This document shows positions 35,488-47,820 of a stretch of DNA of 64,000 nt, piece after piece. The position numbers and the translations under genes were made by a program. The notes under the pieces were generated by a model. It was given only the letters and a program-made list of their open reading frames with translations, made no database searches and was not told the origin of the DNA. Within the stretch, counting starts at the first letter, position 1. Each line of letters begins with the position of its first letter. The DNA comes from Leidyana gryllorum EB-2025a (lineage: Eukaryota; Protista; Apicomplexa), in contig JBLWGC010000047.1 of NCBI GenBank assembly GCA_048772705.1, forward strand, positions 124,001 through 188,000, read 5' to 3'.

Positions 35488-38455
35488 CTAACTCACAAAT
35501 AGTGGTGTCATGACCTGCAGTGTATGATGGGGGCAGCTTGGATGGGGGGCTTAACTCACCAGTGTTACGGTCGCTACCAACTTGATCAGCACATGCACAG
35601 AAGGGCCTGCTGTATCCTTGCACGGATCACCCACGGTATCGCCAACCTGTTGTCCAACATTGTTTCTGACAGATCGGATGATCAAACTCACCACAGCGGC
35701 TTTGTGGGCTTCTGAGCCTTTTCCGCCCAGTACGCCAGTCTCGATGTACTTTTTAGCATTGTCCCATGCACCTCCTCCGTTGTTCAGGAAGAGTGCCATT
35801 AAGATTCCAGTGGAAGTGGCGAACATCATGAAGGCTCCCAAAGCCTCAACCCCCAAGAGAGGATTCCCACGCGCCGCGCCAATGAGTCTGCGGAAGTGTA
35901 TACGACCTAAACACGGTCTCTTACTTGAAGCAAAGGCCCACAACTATGGGTGAAAGGGCAGCCACGAGGCCAGGGAGTATCATTTGTCGAGTGGCTGCTT
36001 CACTCACAATCTTGACGCATTTCCGGTAGTCGGGTAGCTCTTGGAAAGTCATTATATTCGGCCGTTCGCGGAATTGCCGTCTGACCTCAGCAACAACATC
36101 GCCAGCGGTGGTTCCCACCGCGTTCATAGCCATTGCAGAGAAGAGGAAGATCGTTGCAGCTCCCAGCAGACCGCCCACAAACACATCGGGGCTCGTAATG
36201 TCTACAATCTTGAACGGCTTCTTTACAAAGATAGACACTTCATCAAGGAAGGCCGAGAATAGCAAGAAGCTGGCCAACGCAGCTGTCCCCACGGAGAAGC
36301 CTTTGGTGTTGGCTTTGGTGACGTTGCCCACTGCGTCCAATCTATCAGTGATTTCCCGAGTGGTACCATCCTAATGTGATGGGAGATGTGTTTCCGACAG
36401 GCGCACACACGCGTTTGTGGTCCTTACCGTTCCAGCAGATGTCATTTCCACAATGCCTCCAGCATTGTCGGCTATTGGGCCGAATGAAGACATGGACAGT
36501 ACATATACAGCTGTGGACAGCATCCCCATGGTAGCAACGGCTGTTCCAAAGAGACCGCCGAGAGCGGGCGATTCTGGTGAAATTCCGCTTACCACACCTG
36601 TGGTTGTGGATTATTCGTTGGTGGTGGGGGTTGCGGCATTATAGTTTTACCTTGGTGATATGCGAAGACGATAGCGATCGAGATCGCGACAACTGGGATG
36701 GCGGTACTTTCCAAGCCAACGGACAGGCCGGCAATAATATTGGTGGCTGGTCCTGAATTACTTGCGGTGGCAATACGTTGTACTTTGGAGTAGTTGTAGT
36801 CCGTATAGTACTGGGTGGCGAAGAGGAAGACGAGGGCGCAGAGGATACCTGAGAGGCCACAGAGGGCGAATCCTCTCCAGGCGTGAGGTGCGTCGGCAGG
36901 GTTGAGGAAGAGGTAGCACAGACAAGTGAAGGAGATAGCTCCTGCAACGCAGGTATAGAAATAGACGGATATCATGTCTTTGAGCGGGTTTTGTGCGCGA
37001 CGACTGTTTGCGGGTGATCCATCTGCGCCGAGTGGCAAGAGTGAGCGGTTTCCACGGCCACCCCCAGGGACCCGGCCGACCGCAAAAACTGCAATAGTGG
37101 ATATTAGCAGGTCGACTGAATGAACGGCGAGAGGAAAGAGGACAAAGCCCGCGGCCGTGCGTTCCGGGAGTTTGGCTTCAGATGCCAGCGCACTGCCGAG
37201 GATCATGGCTGCCAGCATTTCTGCGGCCAATGACTCAAAGACATCAGCGCACTGTCCGGCACAGTCACCAACGTTGTCGCCCACCAAATCAGCAATGACA
37301 GCGGGGTTGCGGTAGTCATCCTCGGGTATTCCGGCTTCAACTTTACCGACGAGATCGGCTCCGACGTCGGCTGCTTTGGTATAGATTCCGCCTCCCAGTT
37401 GAGCGAACATGGCGACCAGACTGGCGCCAAAGCCGAAGCCGACGAGGAGAAGTGGTAACTTGAGGGTGGGTACCCCTGGGAATAAGAGGTGGCAGGTGAG
37501 CATCATCATAGCCAATCCCCCAACAGCCAGCGCTACATTGATGATTGAGCTGAAAGCTCCGCCCCTGAAACAGATTCTCAAGGCTTCCTCGTAGGTTTTG
37601 TGAGCGGCTGCAGCAACGCGGCAGTTCGCGCGTACTGAAACCCAAACTCCGCTGTAGCCCGACAGGGCGGAAGCAAAGGCCCCCATTAGGAATGTGATGG
37701 AGGATACAAAAGCGAACTGGACGGGCGATATGCCCTCTCTGATATCCTGAGGTAAAGAATCGGCCGATCGTACAGCGTAGCAGATGAAAAGGGCAATAGC
37801 GATGACCCCCGATATCTTGAGGATCGAGGAGTTCTGAGTGGCATAGAAACCTTCGGCACCTTCTTGAATGGCTGTAGCTATCTCGACGGTGTGATCGTCC
37901 CCTTCGTCTTGAGCCATTATCCAAGACAACATCCAGAAGGATATCACACAGAAGATTATAGCTACCGTCAGAGCAGCAAAGTTGTATACAACGAAACCCT
38001 CATTAACGGTCAAAGACACAATCAGAAGTAACCCCAGAAGACCAGCGATCAGCGCCGAAGTTGATATAATCCGGGTACTCGGACTCAGTCGTCGGAACTC
38101 ATTCACAGCCATTTCAAAACACCTGATCACCCAGCCGGCCATATTCCAAATCTCTCACCACCACTCACTGATTCGCGATTCCACCTGTCATTGTCATTGT
38201 CCTCGTCCGCTTTCCTTTCCGGGACGAAGGGACGCCTCCTCCAGCAGACGTGGCGTACTCTCCTCCCCCGTTGCCAGACGATGACGACGATGGGTCCAAC
38301 CGTAAAGAGTCATGATGCTGTCCTATCAGAGTCGAAAAACTGCCTTGGCTATGGATAGGCGCAGACGGAATCGGCACCGGAATGCCTCCTCCATTCGTCA
38401 TCAGACCTCCTTCAGCCGGACTGAAGCGCTGAGATGCTCCAGCCGGTGGTATCAT
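35488..38455 (-). CDS. Membrane H+-translocating pyrophosphatase, K+-independent (type II) signature
   Basis: [65 protein letters not shown] (Lys at the K+-dependence position), [24 protein letters not shown]. Confidence 0.96.
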
Positions 38456-38525
38456 TGCTCAAGTTCTTTTTTGGACGGACACGGGACCAGAGAGAGTTAG
38501 TTGCTCACTCCCAACATGCACAAGT

Positions 38526-39603
38526 CTACTGGGCAACCTTTGACACTACCCATTCGTAACCCCGCAACAATGCCCCTGGGGCAAGTGGATGCCTCAACAA
38601 ACGCAGAACATACGAGTGAACCAACGTGAAGCTCTGCTTCGTGTAGTAATTCAGACTCGATCGGCCCCGCAACATCTGCCAGTAAAGGACCACAGGCCAC
38701 AAACGGGTACGACCCATCAAAGTGAACACCAATAACAATATCCCAGTCGCAACTTCCAAATGCGCCCGGGTTGTATTCAGATCCACCCTCTGTGTGAACC
38801 AAATATTGCCATGAACCACCTTCTTGCCCTTACCTTCCGTTTAATCACATCCAAATAAGGCTTCAGCATAGACACCTGATTCAAACTCGGCGAGTCTGCA
38901 ATCATCTGAATAGCTCCGATTATGGGAGACAGCATGGCCGAGAACACCTGAAGACACAAACCCGTAATCGATCACATTCAACTCCTCTCTAACTCACCCG
39001 TAGAGAAGCTGAACCCATCACAATCATCAGAATCTGGAAACCCTCCAGCTGACACGCCGCGTTCCACCACATCAGGTTGAATTTCGGCACACCCATGTGA
39101 GAACACACGTTCGCCACGCACCCAATGATGAAGGCCACCAATGACACCGTGTACGCCCGAGTCGCCAGTGCCACTGGCATCATCGATATCAGATTGAATA
39201 TCAACGCAGCTCCCAGATGCAATGTTGCCACCTTCTCCAAACTCGCTCGACCGGCAGAAGGGGCCGGAGGCACATATCCGCCAGGAGGAGGTACCCCATA
39301 TCCACCAGCGGAACTTCCCCCACAGGACGCTCCTCCAGGCGGCACTGAAGACGACGTCGTCGACGACGTCTCCTGCCCGACAGTCGAGGTGAGGTCAAAC
39401 TCGGGATCAACCTCTTTCTTGTAGTACTTCTTCTTGTACTTGAGGACTTGACCCGCCGCCGGAGTCGGATATAAATTGGTCAGATACTCCTGCCACTTGG
39501 CATCGTTACGCCAGTCGTGCTCTGAGAATTACCCATTCTACATCCCCACCTCCTCACTCTATTCCAGCTTACCCAGAAAGGCACGTTCAGATGCAGTGGC
39601 CAT
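38526..39603 (-). CDS. TMEM33/Pom33 (UPF0121) ER/nuclear-pore membrane protein, multi-exon
   Basis: Spliced N-terminus MATASERAFLEHDWRNDAKWQEYLTNLYPTP..KYKKKYYKKEVDPEFD, several TM helices, EVATGILLL...VLYWQMLRGR. The 3' end is approximate. Confidence 0.75.
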
Positions 39604-39624
39604 ATTGCCCAAATATTTTGTTGC

Positions 39625-40058
39625 TCATTCGGAAGAATTCAAAAAGATGATCAATCCGCAACTCATCACAAGCAGTACCACCAGTATCGCTATCAGCGTG
39701 GCCTTGATTCGCTCATCCCCTCGCCTCGATTCCATTAATTTGTCCCTCGTCTTCTGCAATGAGATTGGCTCCATTGACGACTCTTCGATCCCGGATGACT
39801 CCAGCTCCGAATGAACATTTGGTTTCCTCATGCGCATCCTTTTCAATGCCTTCTTCTCCAAGTGCCTCTGCTCCCTTTCCTGCTTTCTCAATGTCTCCTC
39901 CAGAGCGTGACGTTGCATCGGTGAGAGCCCCGGCAGCTGACTCAACACTTGACGGCCCACAATCGTCCCCTCCTGAAGCAAAATAGATTACCCACGCCAA
40001 AATCCACTCTTACCACATTGTACAGGCCAAGCACCGCCACCAGCAGCAATAGTCTCAT
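39625..40058 (-). CDS. Small type I membrane protein (signal peptide, coiled coil, C-terminal TM), 2 exons
   Basis: Exon 1 MRLLLLVAVLGLYNV then GTAAG donor; exon 2 EGTIVGRQ...LIAILVVLLVMSCGLIIFL. Confidence 0.6.
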
Positions 40059-40086
40059 TCTCTCACACAAGGTGCAGAGTTCGATC

Positions 40087-40578
40087 TCAACGCCGCTTCA
40101 CCACTTTCCCTTGCCGGTCCACCTTCAGGACCATATCCCGATCGAGACATCCTCCAACATTAGCGAAGCCTAACATACCGCCAGGCTTATCAAAGATCCC
40201 GGACGTATTCAGACATCCACAACAGCCCTCGCTCTGCTTCTTGACAAAGATCCGCTTTTTCGACCGAAAGATCGGCACATGGACGAAATGGGGATAAGCA
40301 CTCGGCTCCTGTAACGTCTGCATATCATTCACTATCATTCCTGGGGCCGTCAATGACTCATAGGGATTGTACGCAAGCTGTCCAGGGAAAGGTGGGACTG
40401 GCATGGCCATCTCCGCATTATTCTCTCCTCGTAATTGTCGGTAACTCGGCAACGGCAAAGGAACGGCGCCATTATGTGGGTACCCACCAAACGGCTGCTG
40501 TGATTGCTGATATACTGGGGGCGCTTGCAATGCTGTTGGGGCCACTTGACCTCCATACAACATTGATGACTGAAACAT
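40087..40578 (-). CDS. Pro/Gln-rich small protein with basic plus CCGC motif (possibly palmitoylated)
   Basis: 163-aa ORF containing RSKKRIFVKKQSEGCCGC. Confidence 0.55.
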   Translation of the reverse strand: MFQSSMLYGGQVAPTALQAPPVYQQSQQPFGGYPHNGAVPLPLPSYRQLRGENNAEMAMPVPPFPGQLAYNPYESLTAPGMIVNDMQTLQEPSAYPHFVHVPIFRSKKRIFVKKQSEGCCGCLNTSGIFDKPGGMLGFANVGGCLDRDMVLKVDRQGKVVKRR

Positions 40579-40621
40579 CGCACCAAAAATTACACCCCCA
40601 AGTCGTGTTCTGCCCGGGCAA

Positions 40622-41562
40622 CTAGCCTCTTGTACCCATCGCTGGCCGCGTCATTGATAACGATCTTATCATGTAAACCCTCTGGAAGAAGTGAGGACAA
40701 GTGTAATCAGGTAAACATTGAGTCTGCTCAAACTCACGGCTTTGTGCAATGTCGTTCAACACCTTCAGAACTGAGCCCACTGTCGTTGTGCAGGAAATTC
40801 GAGGGGTGCGAATCTGAGGTAACTCACGAGTTTCGCCAAACGCCGTATCTATCGGGAGCGAATGATGCCGGTGAATCTGCAAGAATCCCTGTGGGGACTC
40901 TTCAAGGTTAGCATTCACGTATCCATCTTCCTTCTCGTACACATGTACCAACGGAATCGACTCAACTTCCTCCACGTCTTCGAAGGGCACCCGGATACTG
41001 TCTTGATTAGTGACCTCAGATTTGTATCCAGCCTGCTTGAACTCTTTGATATCTAAGGCCTCAGCTAAAGCCTGTCAAGTCGTATTTAGAATGGGTATGT
41101 TGTTGGGAAGAGCCTACCTCCATGCGTTGGATAAGATGAGGCACACTCAATGATGCTTGTTGTGACGTCAGAGCCACAGCTATACATTATCGATATACAT
41201 CACCACGTAGAGCAGCCTTACGAGGTTCGTATCCCATGAGCTCTTGTGCACGGAGCTCCCTTTTGCTCACTTCCTTGTCCAGTTCTTCGAGCTCGCGATC
41301 CTCGTGGACAGATTCTAAAAGTCACATGTGTCTTCTACACAGTCGAGTATCTCACCTAGCAGCCCCAACGCCCCGAGATCATCACGACACTCTATGCCGT
41401 GGAGCCAGGGATGTTCAAGGGTTCGAACGATCAATGACTTGGGTTGAGGTGGAAACTCATGTAAGCGTGTACATAAGGCTGGTCCGAGACGAACTGTGCG
41501 TGTAGCTCAAATGCAACTCACTCGGTGTCAGGCTGAGGCTCACGGCCAACCAGCTGGTCCAT
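40622..41562 (-). CDS. Hypothetical multi-exon protein
   Basis: Short exons flanked by GT-AG (e.g. SVHEDRELEELDKEVSKRELRAQELMGYEP) and last ORF 40622-40990. Start uncertain. Confidence 0.35.
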
Positions 41563-41628
41563 CCATAACACATCGCACTGTCTTTTGACACGTAGAAGAC
41601 CGCGCACACACGGAGACACACAACTTCC

Positions 41629-42300
41629 TTAGCCACACCAACACGATCTTTTTCTCTTAGTCACTTCAACATGACGCTCCGAGAAGCCAGATCCATCATC
41701 ATCCTCAGCTGTAGTGCTACCTGTTTCTCGCTTATCCATCTCTACTCATCAAACGTTGCTGAGCTCACTTGGTGCTTTGAATGTTCCGTCACCAGTCAGA
41801 ATTCCTATGGGTTGGGCACGCGCAGGTCCCATGTCAGTGGAAGTTCTGAAGGTTCTGCCTCGATGCATCTTGGCGCCTACGATGTTATAGGCCGATGCCC
41901 GACCTCCTAGTTCCTTTCGTAATAGTTTTTCCGCAGCATTAGCCTCAAGTATATTCTTCCGATTCTCCAACTGACCGCGTGGGTGTAAACATCCTTACTT
42001 CGCCACCCACTCACCTCAACCACGGCATCATGCTGATATCGCATCCTTTGACAAATTCTCAATAATTGCTCCATCTGCTTCAGATGAGCTGCTGATCCGT
42101 GCGCCGCCAAGAATTCTACTTGGCTGATCTCACGATCGGATACATCATAGACACTACACACAGAGACTGACCTGATCGTGTCAGACTCATTCCTCATCGC
42201 CTTATAGGCATTACGCAATTCAATCTTCATTGAATCATCGGGCAGCCGTTTTTCGGCGTACCACAAAAATGGAGTCAGCGTCGATACTCTAGTGATGCAA
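41629..42300 (-). CDS. Helical multi-exon coding segment ending KRKRSCWCG; a separate gene or the 3' part of the adhesin gene
   Basis: ORFs 41907-42266 and 41749-41970, plus last exon EDDDGSGFSERHVEVTKRKRSCWCG*. Confidence 0.45.
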
Positions 42301-42513
42301 GATCACCACTGCCAACGGGACATTTTCTCACTGGTGAAGTAATTGAACGCCAGTCTCCACCCCCTCAAATACGGGTTTAGGCCACAAATACCTCCCCTCT
42401 TGTGTCAACGCGGCCCTCCAAGCTGTAACATAAACATCTGCAATCTCCTCTGCAGGAGTGATGTCTGCATTCGAAGATCTCGCGTCCGAATTCTCTGGCA
42501 TATATCAAAAAAA

Positions 42514-45234
42514 TCATACATCATCTTCTACCGCCTCTCCTTCATCAGCACTAATGTCTTCAGATGACTCCCGTGATTCCAACTCCTCCTCCACCTCTTC
42601 CACGCCATCCTCTTCCACCGGACTTCTCGTGATCCTGATCTCATAGAAGCTCTGTCCATCCAAAAATACTTCCTCATCGCCTTCGGCTTCCACTCCATCC
42701 TCCAACTCTATGCTGGGCGCAGCCGCGCCGCTCAGCAACAAAGCATCGTACTCCATATCCTGTTTGTCCTCCCAATATGCTCGACCCGCTCCACAATCTA
42801 TCGACAATATATATGTGGCTAGCCAATCCCTTCTCACCTAAGACAACTGTGCAAGTTGCTGTCGCTGACTCCTCCCCATCATAGGCTGTCACCAACAGCT
42901 CTCGCCGAGCTACTGGGGAAACAGCACAAGAGTGCGATACTTCAAATAGTAGAGATCTGGTATCAGCATCTTGGATGTGAATCTGGAGGGGATCACCATC
43001 CGGATCTGACGCTGTGAACAAATCATTGTTGAACTTCTTTGTGTCAACATCAATGTACACACGATCTCGGAATTCATCATACTTCATCACATTTATGCCC
43101 GGATCTGCAGTTTTGCAATGGATCGTGGGTTTGTGGTTCTCCAAACAATCTGCAGCAAGTCAGTCCCATTGCCAATCAATAGATGGAAGTCAACTCACTG
43201 ATAGTCATGGGGCATGTGGTGAAAGTCACCCCATCCGGATTCCACCCTGCGGCCATAACATCCAAGGTCTTGGTGCCGGGTGTGTCGCACGTATATGAAA
43301 AGCTTAACGGGTCCACTACTTTGGTCTGGAAGACTAACCCAACTGACCGAGTTGCTTCCACTGGCTCCACGGCAAAGAGCATGCCGAAGGGCTGGAGTGG
43401 AAGGGGTCTGTGAACAATCAGATCCATGGTCAACGGGAGGCATCGGATCGACGTTGAGGGAATTGCCTTGATGATATCGGTGTAGTCACGCTTGGGTGAC
43501 TCAGCTTGCGTGTCCTTGACTTCCTTCTCTTCTACTCCATCGGCTTTAGGCGTCGAAGACGTGGTGCTGCTGGTCGTGGTAGGCGTGGTAGTAGTTGTGG
43601 TTGTGGTTGTGGTCGAAGTCGTTGTTGTCGTGGGAGTTGTGAACGTAGTTATACCGTTGCCAATGTCAACGATTGTGGGAATGGGAGTAGGTGGCACCAA
43701 TGCTTGATACATACGTTGGATGTCTGTGCGGCTGAGCGCCGGGTTCGAAGCATCCTCCGTTGGATGAGCCAAGGGAGCCTTCTCAACGATCCATGCGTCA
43801 GGGTTCACGTGGGCGGGTGGCAACTCCAGAAACGCACTGTCCTTCCTTATGGCTGGGTAAGGCGTCTCGACGAAGGACCCCTTATTGTCGACTAGTTGGG
43901 GTCTATATTTGAAGGGCCTTTCGGGTCCTTGGGCATCCGCCCACCATTTCTGGAAGGTCATGTCGCTCAGAGTGGCCTGCTCAGGCTGCAAAGTCTTCAT
44001 TCGATCCATGTACATTTGGACCAACTGTTTCAACTCTGGGGGTTCAGCTTCCCCAAAGTTCAACGCCAACCGACTGGCAACTCTGGCTGCTTCGTCGTAA
44101 AGTCCGTCCTCTTCAAACCTCCGACCAGGTAACGAAGGATGAATGACGCCTTGCTCAACATCATGAGCCCCCTCGCCACGGATCCGATTCAACCTTGGTT
44201 CGAAGTAATCAACCATTTCAGCCTCCCCGTTAGCCACTGGTAGACCATATGGTGCGCTGGCGGTGGGCCATTGAGCGTTAATCCCAATTCTGGGCTGGCC
44301 CACCAGAATCTGAGCTTGATCAACGGTGCTTGCAGCGGTAGAAACGGGAATCTGACCGATTGGGACATGAACCCCAGAATATGCGTTGACCCTATTGAGT
44401 GTAGGGGTGGGTGCGATGCAACCTGGGTGATTCATCTATGTAGGGAGTTCGATTTGGACGGACTCACTGATCGAAGTCTTGCACAGACTGGTTCCTTTGC
44501 TCAGCAACCCTCCCGAGGTGTCAGTGACAAATACCTTGAACTTCAAATTAAAGACACCGGGAGCATCACACGAGAACTGAAAGGTACCTGGAACCTGTGT
44601 GCGGAGCGTGTTGGATGAGTATGCAGCATTGTTCATTCACCTTCGATAGCGTTTGCAATTCCTTGACATGTATCAGTGCTGAGTCTGGATTCAATCCTTG
44701 AGGCAGGGTGACGTTAAAGATGTCGTTACTAAACCCATGGGCGTTGATGTTCAAAACCTCTCCGATGAACATATCGCGTTGGAAAGCCCGGCATGCCACG
44801 ATGGGCTGTGCTGGGAATAGTGAAGCAGGTAAGACGTGCGCCGCTGCATTCAGGAATTTTCCTTCCGCAGATCGGCTCTCAGGTGCTGCCGCAACTGGCA
44901 AAGTGAGTTTGGGACCAGCATGGATCTGTTCAGATCGGTGTTGTGCGTGTGCTTGCACGTGTTCCACAGAGTGAATATTTGCGTCAAAGCCTGGTGGTAA
45001 GGTTCTTGGGTTGCAGGTCTTGATTGAGAGCAATTGGATGCCATTCAAGAAGTTGGGCCGAGACAATCCGGTCAGGGCGCCAGCAAACGGAGCAGAGCAC
45101 TGTTCGTCTCTGCTACAATCACTATCAGCGAAGCACATCCGTCCTAGAATGCTTTGAAATGGACCCTTGGCATCTTCGTTCGCACGCACAAAGAGCTGCA
45201 AGAGCCCAGATAGCCATAATGCAGCCGCCAGCAT
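42514..45234 (-). CDS. Secreted/surface adhesin-like protein: Cys knot, three Cys-bounded Ig/cadherin-like domains, Thr mucin stalk, acidic tail
   Basis: Signal peptide MLAAALWLSGLLQLFVRA; CFADSDCSRDEQC. Shared F.F/Y.CD.PG...L motif in domains 1 and 2. Cadherin-like NHKPTI..TASDPDGDPL..VTAYDG. Poly-Thr run. May splice further 3'. Confidence 0.65.
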
Positions 45235-45305
45235 GTGTCGCCCCGGGAGCGAACGTGTTTGCAAGAGACGCTAACAAACGCAATCAGACCTTACACCTAC
45301 TTTGA

Positions 45306-47787
45306 ATGAGGCGCCGTATCACGTCGGCTCTATTAACGCTGGCACTATGTGGTTGTGTGACGAGTGCACGAAGATTGAGATCACATCGCGCTTGGTTGGC
45401 GAGGTACGGGCAGCCACTAACGCTGGAGCCAGCTGCGTTCTGCGATATGCGGGGTGTTACTATTGCTGTTCCCACCACAACCATTCATACGAGGGAGTCG
45501 CCTGCCTCGGTGGCTTGGGGAAGTTTGGCAGGGTCCCGCCAGGTTCAACTTGGGCCTCGAGGTCCCGAGTGCGCTGCTCGCCTCGAGCCGGGATTCTTCA
45601 GAAGGGAAGGGAATGACACGACCGTGGACGCATGGCTGGCCCGGGCAACTCATACGGGTTGTCAAGGGCACTCAGTTTATACCGCTGATTCTATTATCCA
45701 TTCGAATAGATGGACAATCTCTTGGCCGGAGCGAAACAGCTCCACAGAGGGCGAACGAAGACCAAATCTCAATGTTCTCGTATCTTGCACATGCTCAGTT
45801 GAGACGGAGGAATGCAGTGCAAACGCTCGATGGGAGGATCCAATTCTATCACCAGTTTTGGACGCGGACGGGTCCGAGAGTTTGATAGGGGGCTACAGTG
45901 TTAATTCGGCGGCTTTAGTGGGCCCTCATGCAGACGTCGACATTTTGCCAGATCTTGAAAGGTAAGAGCTGCCATCGGAATCTTCATGATTGTTTGGCCA
46001 ATAGTCGCTTCCATTTTGAAACCTACGGCCCACCTTCCGAGCATTTATGGCCCTGGAAGTGTGACGCGTCAACGCCTGATGGACGGAGTCACCCTCTGTT
46101 GGTGGCGGGATGTCCTGTGTCGGACAAATTGGACTTTCAGGTGAGGGTATCTCCATATTGGGTTGTAAATGTTGGCTTGCAGACACATGCTGTGACTTTG
46201 CGAGGTCTATTTGGTCGCGAGCGGACGTTTTCGCAGTCGAAGGGCCATTTGGCCTTCAGTTTAAAGGCTGTGGGGTTCGAAGGAGCAGAATCTGCCTTGG
46301 TGATGGTGACGTGTGAGATGACGACTGCAGCATCTGCTCCCAAGTTGGAAGAGATCTGCCATGATCAGAAACTTCTTGTCCCATCACCCAGAGCAGTTGG
46401 GTTGGAGGGTGGCAATTCAAATCGTGCAAAAAATCCAGGTTCGTTGGTGGTCGGCGGACAAAGTGTGGAGTCAGTTGACTCTGCTGGCAGAGAGGGATCT
46501 GCTGAAGTTTTCAGACGATGGGAGAAGTCGTTGAAACGGGAGGGGAGAAAAGGTGCTCGACGGCGGAATGGTGGGGGCGTCGGCGATCCGGGCGCAGGTA
46601 TGGAGGGAGGTGCCCCCCCGCGTAAGCTGTTGACCCAAAAGGAGGCTGAGGAGGAAGCAAGAAAGCGTTTCGATGCTATTTCGCACACAATCGACTTGCC
46701 CGATCTGACGGAGCATCTGGAGAGTATAGATTTCATGGACGACGATTTGGATGACGAAACGATGATATTCTTCAATCCTGGAAGTGTCGAGAGCATGTTG
46801 CCGGAGCCGGTGGCACGTTACAAGCCTCCGGCTTTGCTTTCTGTGAAGAATGACTATGCTATTGACAATTTCGGGGTGACTTGGAATCGTGGTGTCAACA
46901 ATCGTCAAACGGCTGTGAAGGTCGGGAACGATGCTGCTTGGGTTGGAGCGGATGTGGCTCTGCAACAGCGTCGGGCCACAGCGACAGTGGGATGGAAGGA
47001 CTTCCACATGAATGCTCTCACAAGTTTGGAGCAGCAGGAGTTGGGTGTTGGGGTGAAGTACGGCAAGTATGGTGTGGCAGCAGTGCGGAACAACCAGGAA
47101 GATGCCACTTCGATAGAAGTGAACACACCGTATGTTGCGGTTGGTACTTTGGCGAACTTTTTGGATCGTAACTACGGACAGAAGATTCGCATAAAGGACT
47201 TTGAGATTGTTGGTCGTCACGATTTCAACGAGCACATCTACCAGGATCCTAACAAACTGGCATCAGAGTTTATGATCAGTTACAAAGATTATGGTGTTGC
47301 GGTGGGCAGCGATGTGGTTGATACTCGTTACGGTGTCAGCATTGGTATCAAAGGGTATCAATTCAGTGTTCTTCGGGACTTTGATGAACGACAAACCGAC
47401 TTTGTGGGAAATTTCGGAGACGGTTGGCAACTATATGTCAGCCAAGATGCTCCTGATCAATACTCCAAGTCGATGTTCGGTCGTGTCGGTTTCGGGAATT
47501 TGAAGAAAGCCTATGTGCTCGCTGGCGCTGGTGTGGGTGATGACGGCATCCCAGAGTTCAATGCACGGTACCACGGGAAACGTGCTGCTATTGTCATGGA
47601 TCTTGAAGGATCCGGTGTTGGTGATAGAACTTTGATCACCGGATTCTCGTTCGGGAAGTTTACTTACGTTTGGAATAGCAAGTTGGCACTGGACAACTTG
47701 CGAGTACCCCTTATGGTCGGGGTTGAGCCGTTACAGGTCAAGAACCTTCTCACCCCTGGATCGCTCCCGACTCCACAGCACTTCTAA
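45306..47787 (+). CDS. Signal-peptide protein with a Cys-containing N-terminal region and a C-terminal tandem beta-hairpin (beta-barrel-like) domain, 2 exons
   Basis: Signal MRRRITSALLTLALCGCVTSA. Intron ~45962-46004 joins ORFs 45306 and 45928. About 22-aa alternating-polarity hairpin repeats from ~46855. Confidence 0.75.
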
Positions 47788-47820
47788 ATCTGATCGCAAT
47801 AGAAAAAAATTACCCCACTG

